From assembly GCA_951406725.2 (NCBI GenBank), contig OX597816.1, positions 82,212,001 to 82,276,000 on the forward strand: a stretch of DNA of 64,000 nt, given 5' to 3'. Of the stretch, positions 1 to 13,644 are shown piece after piece. Origin of the DNA: Octopus vulgaris. Its lineage: Eukaryota. The notes below the pieces were generated by a model. The model did not search any database and was not told the origin of the DNA. It saw only the letters and a program-made list of their open reading frames with translations. Numbering within the stretch: the first letter of the stretch is position 1; every line of letters begins with the position of its first letter. The translations under genes and the position numbers were made by a program.

Positions 1-575
1 TGTTGTATTAATAACAAACAAGATCAGGACAAATAGCCATCAAATGTAAATAATGTACGTAATTCCTCATCTCTTAAATATAAGATGGATTGATAGTTCA
101 AAGATCCTGTGGTGGTGGTGATGGTGATAGCGATGATGATAGTACTATTTTTGGTGAGGATGGTGTTGGTGATGTATTGATTTTGTCTTGTATTGATAAA
201 CAAGCAGCCGATTCATGGCAACGCTGACTTGAGAGATCCAATCACATCATTGGTGTGGGAACATAGCAGCAGACTGATAGAATAAAATTTGAAATAATTA
301 GAAATACATTCTAACAAAATACTTTTTCACGAATTTAATTATCTTCTCCCTCCTCTATTTACCAGTTCTAATATTTTGTTCTTCATTTTCTTTTTCCTTT
401 TTTCATGATTTTTCTAATATTTCTATTGTTTTAATACCACATTTCCCACCATTGCTGCCATTTTCACTTTTTTTTTTTTGATTTAATGTCATTGAGTTTT
501 AAAACGTTTACTATAATTGTTATCCTTGCTGACTATGATGGGCGTCTCTGACTCTCTCTCTCTGTGTATCACTCT

Positions 576-615
<40 letters not shown>

Positions 616-1383
616 CTCTATCTCTTTTTCTCTCCCCCTCCGTCTTTCTTTCAAAATCAGTCTATCTGAGAAATGTGACACAGTACAGCAAGGAAACTTG
701 GGTAGTAAATTCATAGAATTTATAACAGCTGGAGTGAAGGAATAGATTTGAGTCTATGCTACATTGATATAAAAGAAGAACCATACACGAGTTGGTAGAT
801 GGGTTGAACATTGCTTACAGTCGAAAGAATGGCTATAAATTCACCAACACTTTGGAGTTATAATTCTGAAGAGGGTAGCACCATAAACCACTGCTTGAAT
901 TTGATATGTGAATGGTACCTTTGTTCTTATGGCACTACCTGGAGGATATTCATTATGACCCACTAGATTATATGAACTCTACTTAAATCTCATTTCTTCC
1001 TATTATGTGAAAAGAAACAAGTTATCAGATGCCCACAATATCAGTATGACTGAAGTGGCTTACAGAACAAGGCCTTACCAAGGATTGAACAGTTTGCATC
1101 CTAACATCAATATTTTATATATTTCTGACCAAGACACGTAAGATTCAACAGCTGACTTCATCAAGTTATTTAGCCCAGGCTGGTCATAACTGAGACCAAA
1201 GTCATTCCAATAATGACCATCTCATCCTCTCAAACATTATATACCTCAGACTACATTTTCTAATGTGTTCTGCCTTTTCAAGATGGTAGGAAATTTGACT
1301 ATTATTTCTAGCAGGCTCGACCAAGCTTTAAGTAATCATATGAGGTTTGATTCATTACTTTGAGTTGTAATAATCATGTAAAA

Positions 1384-1595
1384 GGTGGCGAGCTGGCAGA
1401 ATTGTTAGTGTACCAGCCAAAATACTTAGTGGCATTTGGTTCATCTTTATGTTCTGAGTTCAAATTCCACCAAGGTCAACTTTTCCTTTCATCCTTTTGG
1501 GGTCAATAAAATAAGTACCACTTGAGCACTGGGGTTGATGTAATCAACTTAACCCTTCTCCTGAAATTGCTGGCCTTGTGCCAAAATTTGAAGCC
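1384..1595 (+). mobile_element. tRNA-derived SINE family B with 15-bp target-site duplication
   Basis: Reads ggtggcgagctggcagaa...gagttcaaattcc...ttcatcctttt...aaataagtacc. TSD aataatcatgtaaaa at 1369-1383 and 1596-1610. Confidence 0.88.
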
Positions 1596-3224
1596 AATAA
1601 TCATGTAAAATTCAATTTCTCTAATAAGAAAAGCTGCCTTTTCCAAGGGGGAAATATATTTTTCTTTCATTTAATTTTGTAAAAACTGGATGGGGAAAAG
1701 AGCTAGCACTATAGATTCTTGTGGATAACTATAAGAGTTAAACAAACTACATTATAACATTACACACTTTTTAAAAATAATTGATAAAGGAAAAAGAGAT
1801 ACATTGCTGATGGTCAAAACAAAAGTTTCTCAAAGTAACTGCATCTGATCAGACAAGAAACAACTTGGTGAAGAATTGCAAAACATGTATGATGTGAAAA
1901 TGGCCATCACATAACCACATACCAGTATAGAATGAAGTGTGTATAACAGCAAAAAAGAAAAAAAACAATTAAGGAAAATCAAAGAAGTGGTGTATATAAT
2001 TGTAAAAAAAAATCACTATCTAAAGCCAGAGCAGATATTACAGATATTCATTATAACTAATGAATTTGCTACAGAATTTTATAGTTTACATTAATATGTT
2101 TTGTTGTTATTTTTTCAGAAAAATAACAAGCATTTGTATTTTTTCTTAATCTCATAAAATTTCTTATTCTTATGTACCTTCAGTTCTTTATTTATTGAAA
2201 CCAATTGGTCAAACAATTTATGACATGCCTAGTGCACTGCACTCTCTCTTATATTTGATATGCATAGCCATGATAATTTCAACAGTTGCTATGCAAAACA
2301 TCCCGTAGGTTAATATTGATCAGAGAATACAATGCAGAAGTCTGTTAATGGTATAAAAATGTTGCTGTAGAATTGCTCTGGTTGATTTTTTTTTTAATCA
2401 TTTTCATATTTACCAACATTTATACGGAATATATTATACTCAAAGAGCAAATACAATGACACAGCAGTCTCCTCACAAAACACTGGAATGGCCTTTCTGC
2501 AGATCATCTGTTGTTTACCTTGATTGACATATTCAGCCATCAAGTAAACAGTAGTTGTGCTGTCAGTGATTTCCTTTGATTCACAGTCAATCATATCTCT
2601 AATTGTCTTCACACTGTCCAGCTATTCTAAGTTTAAACAGTCTTTAAGCCCTATAAATGATTTTATTTATGTAGAATTATACAGTGTTTCTTTCTCCATG
2701 AGAGAGTGACAGTATACAGCATATGAAAGAAGATAGGCTACATGATAATGGCATATGAAATATAGAGAACCTGTAGAGAGAGATGAGAAATAAAGTATGA
2801 TTGAGAGGATTACAATATTGTGATAAGAGGTAGCATGCAAGTGAGGTGAGGGCGGTATCATTATGTATGCAGAAGGGGATAAGTACATTTGTGAAGGGTT
2901 GGGGAGTTCTAGGTGTAAAAGTGACACTGACAGAAGTATACCCACCACAGGGAAGATGATGGTTTATTGTCTTATGTTTCTGGAACATATGCTCATAATT
3001 ACAGATGATATACGGATTATGTGATAGATATGACATGTAAAATCCTACTGGTGAAAGGTATTAGCTGTTTCCAAAAGAACATCATATTTCAGAATGTTGG
3101 ATATCACAGATGAAATAACAAATGATCATAAGTGGCAACATCCTCTTCCCTAGATTCATCCAACATATGGAAACATGCAAAAGTAGACATTGAAATTATC
3201 AGGATTATATCCTTCTATCTCTTT

Positions 3225-3632
3225 TTCTCTTTTACTTGTTTCAGTCATTTGACTGTGGTCATGCTGGATCACCGCCTTTAGTCAAGCAAATCGACCCCAG
3301 GACTTATTCTTTGTAAGCCTAGTACTTATTCTATCGGTCTCTTTTGCCAGACTGCTAAGTTATGGGGACATAAACACACCAGCATCGGTTGTCAAGCAAT
3401 GTTGGGGGGGGGGGGGACAAACACAGACACACAAACACACACACACACATATGTATATATATACATATAAACAACAGGCTTCTTTCAGTTTCTGTCTACC
3501 AAATCCACTCACAAGGCTTTGATCAGCCCAAGGCTATAGTAGAAGACACTTGCCCAAGGTGCCACGCAGTGGGACTGAACCCGGAACTATGTGGTTGGTA
3601 AGCAAGCTACTTACCACACAGCTAATCCTATG
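3225..3632 (-). mobile_element. tRNA-derived SINE family A
   Basis: Reverse complement of the 11851-12268 sequence. Further copies at 6530-6900(-), 46370-46785(-), 52870-53035(-, partial) and 14270-14421(+, 3' part). Confidence 0.88.
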
Positions 3633-5379
3633 CCTATAGGAATTGAACATGGAGCCATGAGATTTTGAAGCAAACACTTTACCACACAGCCATGCATTGC
3701 CTTCATATAAAAAAAAAAAAACATTAACTTTATGACTTAAATTCCTCATCATGTTAGCATTCATTTTTTGTCTTTTTCACAATTCTTGTGATAGGTGGCA
3801 AAAGCAGCATAATTTTTCTGTGCAGTCACTCATACTCAAAAGTAATCTCATCGTTTCTTCCAAAATGTTTTCTTCTTTAGTTCTACTTCTACCACAGTTA
3901 CCTTTTAACATTTACTTACTAAACATTTTTTACTCAGCTTGTACCATTCAGTCACATTACATAACACCTTTTCTCTTTAGGGCCCTTCTACTTTTCCCTT
4001 TTCTGTCTTTTTGTGTTATATTCTGTCTACTGTACATGCAGTTTTGGCATTCATTAGTCTTTACTTGACTTATTTCTGCTTTCTGTCTCCACTTTTACCC
4101 TAAACAATAAGCTCAGCATTATTTTATTATTATATTACCATTAAATAATAACCAGACATTTTCTGGATTTCTATGAAATGAAGAGAAATGAATTAACCTT
4201 TCATGAAGATTAAAATTGCTCTTTTGATAGTCCATAGGTGTGTAAATTCCTCTCTGGTTGCTTAACTAAGTTCCTTCCAACAGATAAAGTAATGCCACTT
4301 CCCAGATGACCCTAAGATTTTGTGCTGTCTGGTTCTGACTAGTATTTGGGTCTTTGCTGTCTTGATTTTGCAGGTTTTTACTCATGGCCAATACTCTAAA
4401 TTTCATTCTTTTCATGCATTTCTTCAGCAAATTCTATAGTAAAAGCCAAGTCATTAACATAAAGGCGGTGCTCCAGCATGGCTGCAGCCAAATGACTGAA
4501 ACAAGTAAAAGAATAAAAGAGTATATGAAAATTGACAGGGACATATTCTGAATCCTGTATCATTATTTATATCCTTTTTACCACATTATTGGTTATAGAT
4601 TTCCACTGAGCCAATTGTTGTATTTCTAATGGCAACAGTAACAAGGAAGTAACTGTACAACTTGGGCAGAACAAATACCAAGAGTTATTTTTGCTCAAAA
4701 ACTGCAATTTCTCAATTTCCTTGATAGATGTTTGCACCTTGTACTTTACACACACATCACACTTCAGTAAATCTTCACATTGTTGCAGTCAGACATAGCT
4801 GTGTGGTTTAAAATGTCCTCTTCACAACTACCTGGTTTCAAGTTCAGTCCCACTTTGCAGCACCTTGATCAAATGCCTTCTACAAGAACACTGGCTGACC
4901 AATGCCTCATGATTGAATTTTGTAGATAGAAACTGTTACAAAGACTGTTGCATGTGTGTGTCTGTGTCTGTGTGCATAAATATTGGTACTCTGTAACTTT
5001 ATTTGTCAGAGCTTAAGAAAAACGGCAATATAATGCTTACATCCTTTGTTGGCATTACAACAGGTTGCTTTACTGTTGTTAACCCTTATTTGAAAAACAA
5101 TAGTTAGCAACAGAAAGAGCATCTGGGTATAAAATCCTGCCTCAGATAAGTCCCTTTCCAACTCATGCTAGCCTGGAAAAAAGAAAATAAATGAATGAAT
5201 ATATGATGGGCTTATATGCAGTCTCCATTTACCAAATTTCACTTGCAAGTCGTTCATCAACTTGAACCTGAATGCCATGCAGTGGGATTGAACAAGGAGT
5301 CATATAATCATGAAAGGATCTTAGCAACACAACTAATGCCACAAAGAATATAACGAAAGGAAGAAGATTAAAAACAGTT

Positions 5380-5589
5380 TTAACCCTTTAACATTTAAAC
5401 CAGCCATATCAGGCCAAAGTAATCTACCTGTTTTATATTCAAGCTGGCTAGATTTGACCTCTCACACCAACCCTACAATGTCATTCTAAAAATTAACAGT
5501 TATGTACAAAATAATGCATGATTAATTCAAAACAGCGTGAATAAAAAAACATTACATTTGATAAAGTAATCTGAATGCTAAACGGTTAA
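5380..5589. mobile_element. piggyBac-type MITE (TTAA-flanked)
   Basis: Reads TTAA-ccctttaacatt...aatgctaaacgg-TTAA. A second copy is at 8978-9201. Confidence 0.75.
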
Positions 5590-5991
5590 TCCTAAATTTG
5601 CTACCCTAAATCACTTTCATAATCCATTTATCCATCCCTAGTCTTTTTGTTACCTATCAGATTAACAGGTGTTATAGGCCTTTTATACTTTGTAAAAGTG
5701 AACAGGCTAATGGGATGAAGTATTTCACCATCTGCTCAAAAGCATTTTGAAAAGAAATTATCAAAAATGGGAATTGAAAGATTCTCATGGAACACAGCTC
5801 AACAAGTCTACATCATTACAGCAATGTTCTTAAGAAAGAAGAGAAAGTCATTATAACGTTTATTTGTTTTGTTTGTTTGTAGTTTGCCATTTCATAAAGG
5901 TAGTGGGAGAGGGGATAATCTATAAGAAACACTGAGAAGATAGTCTGACAATCTTCATGGTTCAGTAGTAATAAATGTAAAATTACAGTCA

Positions 5992-5994
<3 letters not shown>

Positions 5995-6080
<86 letters not shown>

Positions 6081-6110
6081 TTCTCTCTCTCCCTCCCTTC
6101 CCCTTCTCTC
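5995..6110. repeat. (CT)n microsatellite
   Basis: Directly visible. Similar (CT/AG)n tracts at 546-640, 8810-8890 and 54660-54684. Confidence 0.95.
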
Positions 6111-7414
6111 TCATTGTATAATACAAGATATTAAGTCTGGTGAAGAGGATGGCAGTTAAAAGTAGGTTTAATGGTGGCCAGGAAATCTCATTAGTTGCAG
6201 TTAATGCCTCTGGTTTCAATAACAAAGTCAATAATTCTACATTTGAATGTTCCTAACAGCCATTGTTCACTCTCTAGTTCTAAATGTCTCTTCTGTTGCT
6301 TAAGATGTTTGGTTTTCTTTTATCTAGTTCAGTTCAGTTCAATTTAGTTTGGTTTGAATTAGTATTGACTAGTTGAGTCTTGTCTGGTCATGTTTTATTT
6401 AGTTTAGTTTAGATTGACCTGATCTTGTCTATAGTATGACATGATCTGGCCTAGTCTTGACTGATTTTTTTTCTGATTTAGTTTAATTTGGTCTGGTCAG
6501 GTTCAGGGTGATGATTTATCTTTTATCTTCTATCTTTTGCTTGTTTCGGTCATTGGAATATGGCCATGCTGGGGCACTGCCTTGAAGGGTTTAATTAAAC
6601 AAATTGGCCCCAATACTTATTTTCAAGCTTGGTACTTATTTTATTGGTCTCTTTTGCTGAACCACTGAGTTATAGGGACATAAACAAACCAACTCCAATT
6701 GTCAAGTAATGATGGGGGACAAACACAAACACACACATGCATACATACATACATAACATGCTTCTTTTGGTTTTCTTTTCAGTTGTCAAATCTGCTCACA
6801 AGGCTTTGGTCAGCTCAGGGTTATAATAGAAGACACTTGTCGAAGGTGGGATTGAACCCAAGACCAAATGGTTGGAAAGCAAGCTTCTTAACCACACAAC
6901 AATATCTGCACCAAGATCATTAGCAGCAACATACTCTTCTAAGATTTATTCAGCATTTGGTTGCATGTGCGCTCTTGTATTGAAATAGCAACACTGGTGG
7001 GATACTGACTAAAGTGGTTTTCAGTGTATAATTTTATCCTTTCATATACTAAGTTCAAAACCACCCATGACTAAATTTAGTTTATCTCCCCACTCCAACC
7101 CAAAGATGTTATTAATGTATTTTTTAACCTGAGGTCAGCCTTGATTCAGAAGATCTATGTATAATCAACAGTATTCCAGCTGTGACAATCCTGCTTTTAT
7201 TTATACATTTGGTGTATATAGGATTACAATATTCACTGTGTCCTTCCTTTCTGTGGGGGCTGAGATGTGTGAAAAATTTAGCAATGACATTAAATAAACA
7301 AAGCAACTATGTAGACTCCTTCACTGGTTCGGTGTGGTTATTTCTTCAGATTATTTCAGACCTATGATCTATGATCAAAAAAGTTCCATTGATATACATC
7401 CTGTCTTTTTTTTT

Positions 7415-7863
7415 TGAAGAGCACCATATGAGTGTGATCGTTGACAGAGCGGCTAACCGGCTTCCATGCCAGTGGCACATAACAGGCACCATTCGAGTGT
7501 GATCGTTACCAGCGTCGCCTTGGTGGCACTTGAGCCCCATGCTAGTAGGGTGCTAAGAGCACCATCCGAGCATGATCGTTACCAGCATCACCTTACTGGC
7601 ACCTGTGCCGGTGGCATGTGTAAAAAGATTCAAGCAAGGTCATTACCAGTACCGCCTGACTGGCCCCTGTGCCAGTGGCACGTGAAAGCACCCACTACAC
7701 TCTCGGAGTAGTTGGCATTAGGAAGGGCATTCAGCTGTAGAAACTCTGCCAGATCAAGACTGGAGCCTGGTGCAGCCATCTGGTTCGCCAGCCCTCAGTC
7801 AAATCGTCCAACCCATGCTAGCATGGAAAGCGGATGTTAAACAATGATGATGATGATGATGAT
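7415..7863 (+). mobile_element. RTE-family 3' UTR fragment
   Basis: Contains ttggcattaggaagggcat...cccatgctagcatggaaagcggatgttaaac followed by (GAT)n. Confidence 0.85.
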
Positions 7864-8977
7864 ATTGTCCCAAACTATATTAGCTAGTGGATTCATTTTT
7901 TTAAAGATGTCCGGGTGTCAATTGAATGAATTTGACAGCCCTAAGCCAATCCAGGGTGAGTGACAATGCAGAAGCTCCCTGATTGGTTTAGAGGCTCCAC
8001 TAGTCAAATACTGAGGTTGATTCAACCAACAACACTATTTTTCTACAAATTTGTGTCATCAAAATCGATGTAGAAAAAAAATCAATAACTGTGATGATAA
8101 GAGAACAATTTAATGGCAATAGAAGAATTGTGAGACAATATAGGAAATCTTTATTATTGTTTTATATCTAAAATGAAATAAGATATTCACATTAAACTCA
8201 CTGCAGGCTCACATACATATCCATTCACCCACCCACTGATTCACCTATTAATCTAGCTAGCTAGCTGCCTGTCTCTCTAGTTATTTATCTGCACATATAT
8301 CTACCTAACTTTCTTTCTCACTTCTATTAGTATCCTATTTCAATTTGCCTCTCTCCCATCACCCTTCTCTTATAATCACTGTTTTCTGTTGCTATGCTTC
8401 TGTTACTGTCTTTAGTTTCTCTTATGTCTCTCTTATTTTGTTTCTCTATCCTTCTCACTTTTGCTTTTCTCTATCTCTTTTTATCTCAATCACACATTTC
8501 TACCTTTATATATATTTATATATACACATACACATGCATGCATGCGCCCCCCACCCCCGACACATGCACATCCCTACATTGCTTTGCTTGATATTCTAGA
8601 AATAACAGCCAGATCTCCTTAAAATTACACTATACCATTAAAAGAAAGAAATACCCATTGGATAATGTAGTCCTAGACTCATTTTCTGGGAAAAGAGCAT
8701 AGTGGCAATTGAAACTCTTTTGATCATTGTTCTGTTGATCAGGGCTGATCCAGAATTAAACAACATCCTCTTTCTGAACCTTGCTCTCTTTTGTTTTTCT
8801 ACCCCCACCCTCTCTCTTTCTCTCGCTTTCTCTCTCTCTCTCTCTCCCCCTCTCTCTCGCTTTCTCTCTCTCTCTCTCTCCCCCTCTCTCTTACAATTTG
8901 CTTTTTTCTCACCACCTTTCCTTTTTTTCATCTCTATTCATTTGTTTTTCCTTTCACCATTAATTCCTTTCTGTTCC

Positions 8978-9201
8978 TTAACTCTTTGGCATTTAAACCA
9001 GCCATATCTGGCCCAAATATTCTATGTTTTATGTTCAGACTGGCCAGATCCAGCCTCTCACACCTATCCTACAATGTTACTCTAAAAATAAACAATCACA
9101 CCTTCAAAATTTGAAAGCTATAAGATAATACATGAGTAATTCAAAACAACATGCATAAATAAGCATTACATTTAACAATAATCCGAATGCTAAAGGGTTA
9201 A
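8978..9201. mobile_element. piggyBac-type MITE (TTAA-flanked), second copy
   Basis: Reads TTAA-ctctttggcatt...aatgctaaaggg-TTAA. The internal sequence is homologous to 5380-5589. Confidence 0.75.
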
Positions 9202-10401
9202 AGACTGACTTTCTTGAAGCTGAACTGATTCTTATAACCATTTGTAAGTTAGGATTATCCTACACAGTGTGTTATCAAAGACAGAAGATATTTAGTATCA
9301 TCCACTTCCTGGATGGGATGTCAGTTTTCCCTTGCAGATACTTCCAGATATTCTTTCACCACATTAACTAAAAATAGGCAACAAGATTACAGGCATGACT
9401 GTATGCTTAAGAAGTTCATTTTGTAGCTTCAAGGTTCTAGGTTCAAACCTACTGCACAGCATACTGAGCAAGTGTCCTGTACCATAGCCCTAGGTTGATT
9501 AATACCTTTGAGTGGAATTTGATTGATAGACACTGAAGAATTTACTCATGCATGCATGTTCATACCTTTTTTTTTTTTTTTATATCTTCCTGCAAGGTAG
9601 CATTTAGTTTCCATCATTAGAATATTGATAACAAAAGCATTGTCTCATTTTGAACTTGAGAAAAGTCTTGCATATTTTTCCTGTTCCACTTACAGATTAT
9701 ATTTGTAACATATGTGTTAGCTAACTGATTTCTTTTCCCGAGAACTCTAGCTTTTCCAACCAAGTGCACAAGTTGTTACTGGCAAAAATATAAATTCATA
9801 ATCTGGACATAGAAACTGTATGTGTGTATGTGTAAACAATTTATTATTATTGCTATATGCAGTAATAACAGTGAATAAATGACCGGGACTCTTTCAGTTT
9901 GTATTACTAGTACTGAGTTGAACTTAATCGAACTTTTGTTGTACCTATAGCTCAGAAAGGGAAGAGTTCAGTATTAGTTTTTCAGTATCTAAGATAATAA
10001 CAAAATCTTCAGTGAGGTCATGTATTATTGCTGTTTTTATTTCCAAGTCAGCCTTGATCCAACATACAATCAAAGGCATTCTAGATGACATCATTCTATC
10101 TGGGATCACATCTGATTGCATGCTGCATTGTTTTCAATACTTTTATGAACAGACAGTTATTGTATGAAGGCATGAAGACCTTCCTTTCTTAGGACAATAC
10201 AGTGTTATGTGAAGGAGATCTCATTGCTATTCCTAACCAATTGATGACTACATTGAGGCTTTCTTATTGACATAAACAGTGTCACATTGACCTGACAAGT
10301 TATGAGAATAAATCTACACACACACACACACACACACAGAGTTTACAGTGTCCTATACATGTACTCATGACTAGTCAACTAACTACATTTAAAATAAATA
10401 T

Positions 10402-10605
10402 TACATAAGTACATGCATACATGCATGCATACATACATACATATACATACATGCATACACATCCATGCATACATACTTATACATATATACACACATGTAT
10501 GCATACATACTTATACATGTATACTGTATGCATACATACATACACTCACACACACTCACACATACATACGCATGCACACACATGTACATGCATACACATA
10601 TATCT
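10402..10605. repeat. Degenerate (CATA/CA)n microsatellite
   Basis: Directly visible. Similar tracts at 21170-21297, 33185-33420 and 56500-56610. Confidence 0.9.
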
Positions 10606-11169
10606 ATTAGTTGTACTATATTTAGATATTTCCACTTCAGTGTATAATTAATCAATAGAATTTTTCTCCTAAACAGTATCTCTTCATTGAACTAATATAC
10701 TACTGGCTATAAAAATGGATTATTTTACAGTAATTGAAGATAGACAAGTATTCCATACAATGTAACTCTATCAAATACATTAATTAATATTACAACAACT
10801 GCTCTACAATGGTGGAATGGCAGATCTAAAATTGCTCTACTTTCTAAACGTATTATATCTCGCAAACTGGAGGTCAATTTGTTTAGTTGTTCCTTCTAAG
10901 GAGATTACTATAATAAACATCAGATATTCAATTCCCATGACTCGAGAACTTAATTCTCTAAGCTTCTTTAACATATGGCATGAATACGGAATGAGGTGGC
11001 CCCAGCAAGTTCCTCAACCACACAGCTATGGCATTAGGAAGGGCATCCAGCTGTAAAAACGATGTCAAAACAGACAGTGGAGCTTAGTGCAGTCCCTAGG
11101 CTTATTAGCTCCTCTCAAACCATCCAACATGGAAGATGAACATTAAATGATGATGATGACAATGATGAT

Positions 11170-11216
<47 letters not shown>

Positions 11217-11420
11217 TGATTGACTGCTAACTCCCAAAGTTTTTTTATTCTCTCTCTGTTTATTTCCTCGTGTTCCTTTCTGGTGAAGAGCGTAGGCTCA
11301 ACATGAAAAAGACTTCCCCACCTTCCCAAGCATCAGACTAATACACCTGGTTGTTGTTTATGCACCTGTCTTCATCTTTTGTTTTTCTGTAAATTTCAAC
11401 TATACATATATATATATATA

Positions 11421-11837
11421 AGCACAGGAGTGGCTGTGCGGTAAGTAGCTTGCTTACCAACCACATGGTTCCGGGTTCAGTGCCACTGCATGGCACCTTG
11501 GGCAAGTGTCTTCTACTATAGCCTCGGGCCGACAAAAGCCTTGTGAGTGGATTTGGTAGACAGGAACTGAAAGAAGCCTGTTGCATATATGTATATATAT
11601 ATATATATAAATGTAAGTATGTGTGTGTATATGTTTGTGTGTCTGTGTTTGTTCCCCCAACATTGCTTGACAGCTGATGCTGGTGTGTTTACATCCCCGT
11701 AACTTAGCGGTTCAGCAAAAAGAGACTGATAGTATAAGTACTAGGCTTACAAAGAATAAGTCCTGGGGTCGATGTGTTCAACTAAAGGCGGTGCTCCAGC
11801 ATGGCCACAGTCAAATGACTGAAACAAGTAAAAGAGT
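11421..11837 (+). mobile_element. tRNA-derived SINE (family A, ~420 bp with internal TA/TG microsatellite)
   Basis: A-box/B-box-like head (tggctgtgcggtaag...ggttcagtgcc). 3' end ...ctccagcatggccacagtcaaatgactgaaacaagtaaaagag. Confidence 0.88.
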
Positions 11838-11850
11838 ATATATATATATA

Positions 11851-12021
11851 GGCGCAGGAGTGGCTGTGTGGTAAGTAGCTTGCTAACCAACCACATGGTT
11901 CTGGGTTCAGTCCCACTGCGTGGCATCTTGGGCAAGTGTCTTCTGCTATAGCCCCGGGCCGACCAATGCCTTGTGAGTGGATTTGGTAGACGGAAACTGA
12001 AAGAAGCCTGTCGTATGTATG

Positions 12022-12066
<45 letters not shown>

Positions 12067-12268
12067 TTGTCCCACTAGCATTGCTTGACAACCGATGCTG
12101 GTGTGTTTACGTCCCTGTCACCTAGCGGTTCGGCAAAAGAGACCGATGGAATAAGTACTGGGCTTACAAAAAGAATAAGTCCCGGGGTCGAGTTGCTCGA
12201 CTAAAGGCGGTGCTCCAGCATGGCCGCAGTCAAATGACTGAAACAAGTAAAAGAGTAAAAGAGAGAGT
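11851..12268 (+). mobile_element. tRNA-derived SINE family A, tandem second copy
   Basis: Near-identical to 11421-11837, separated from it by (TA)n. Confidence 0.9.
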
Positions 12269-12275
12269 AATATAT

Positions 12276-13586
12276 ATGCTCAGGAGCAATAAACTCTGAA
12301 AATATGCAGAGACCAACTTCTACCACGTTCCAGGGAGAAAAACTAGAAGTAGTTGATAGCTTCCGCTACCTAGGTGACCAAGTCAGTAGCGGGGGCGGGT
12401 GTGCTGAAAGTGTAACTGCTAGAGTAAGAATAGCCTGGGCAAAGTTTAGAGAGCTCTTACCCCTGCTGGTGACAAAAGGCCTCTCACTCAAAGTAAAAGG
12501 CAGACTGTATGATGCATGTGTACGAACAGCCTTGTTACATGGTAGTGAAACTTGGGCTGTGACTGCTGAGTATTTGCGTAAGCTCGCAAGAAATGAAGCT
12601 AGTATGCTCCGATGGATGTGTAACGTCAGTGTTCATAATCGACAGAGTGTAAGTACCTTGAGAGAAAAGTTGAACCTAAGAAGCATCAGTTGTTGTGTGC
12701 AAGAGACACGTTTGCGCTGGTATGGACATGTGATGAGAATGGCTGAAGATAGTTGTGTGCGAAGTGCCACACCCTGGCAGTTGAGGGGACCTGTGGAAGA
12801 GGTAGACCCAGGAAAACCTGGGTCGAGGTGGTGAAGCACGACCTTCAAACTTTAGGTCTCACCAAGGAAATGACCAGAGACCGAGACCTTTGGAAGTATG
12901 CTGTGCATGAGAAAACCCGGCAAGACCAGTGAGAACAGTCAAAATCAAAATCAAACCAAATCAATTCATATATCAGAAAGCAGAACCAAATTGAGGTCAA
13001 TCAACATCAGTGGGAATTGCAGCTGTGGTTAAGCGAACCATCCAATCGTGGTCGTTGCCGGCGCCGCCCCGTCTAGCCTCCGTGTCAGTGGCACGTAAAA
13101 GCACCATCCGTTCGTGCCCATTGCCAGCCTCACCTGGCCCCCGTGCAGGTGACACATAAAAGCACCATCCGTTCGTGGCCGTTTGCCAGCTCTGTCTGGC
13201 CCCCGTGTCGGTGGCACGTAAAAGCACCATCCGTTCGTGTTCATTGCCAGCCTCGCCTGGCCCCCGTGCCGGTGACACGTAAAAGCACCATCCGTTCGTG
13301 GCCGTTTGCCAGCTCCGTCTGGCCCCCGTGTCAGTGGCACGTAAAAGCACCATCCGTTCGTGGACGTTTGCCAGCTCTGTCTGGCACCTGTGCGGGTGGC
13401 ACGTAAAAAGCAGCCACTACACTCACGGAGTGGTTGGCGTTAGGAAGGGCATCCAGCCGTAGAAACACTGCCAGATCTGACTGGGCTTGATGAAGCCTTC
13501 CAGCTTCACAGACCCCAGTTGAACCGTCCAACCCATGCTAGCATGGAAAACGGATGCTAAATGATGATGATGATGATGATGATGAT
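12276..13586 (+). mobile_element. 5'-truncated RTE LINE copy, same family as 28811-32945
   Basis: ORF 12304-12834 is nearly identical to the C-terminus of the 1055-aa ORF until a frameshift near 12760. It has the same 3' end and (GAT)n tail and is flanked by (TA)n. Confidence 0.93.
13030..13410 (+). repeat. ~59-60 bp minisatellite (about 6 units) inside the RTE 3' UTR
   Basis: Repeated unit accatccgttcgtggccgtttgccagctctgtctggcccccgtgtcggtggcacgtaaaagc, with two alternating variants. Confidence 0.9.
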
Positions 13587-13632
<46 letters not shown>

Positions 13633-13644
13633 TATACATATATA

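Noticed and set aside
860-905. ctgaagagggtagcaccataaac hammerhead-like string
   Set aside because: The GAAA core and stems need several substitutions, which is not distinguishable from chance.
6120-6252. Ankyrin-like peptide EHSNVELLTLLLKPE on the minus strand
   Set aside because: Too short and low-complexity. There is no convincing donor site and the frame runs into an (AG)n microsatellite.
10401-10655. Multiple H/T/Y/I- or C/V/M/Y-rich ORFs (also near 21035-21324, 33101-33958 and 56449-56678)
   Set aside because: They are translations of (CATA)n/(TG)n microsatellites.
11421-11500. tRNA-like sequences at SINE heads (also 1384, 11851, 14452)
   Set aside because: They have A/B-box similarity only, do not form full cloverleafs, and continue into SINE bodies.
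12997-13410. Regularly spaced repeats resembling a CRISPR array or a repeat protein
   Set aside because: The units are contiguous tandem copies without unique spacers and lie within a LINE 3' UTR in eukaryotic DNA. No cas genes are present.
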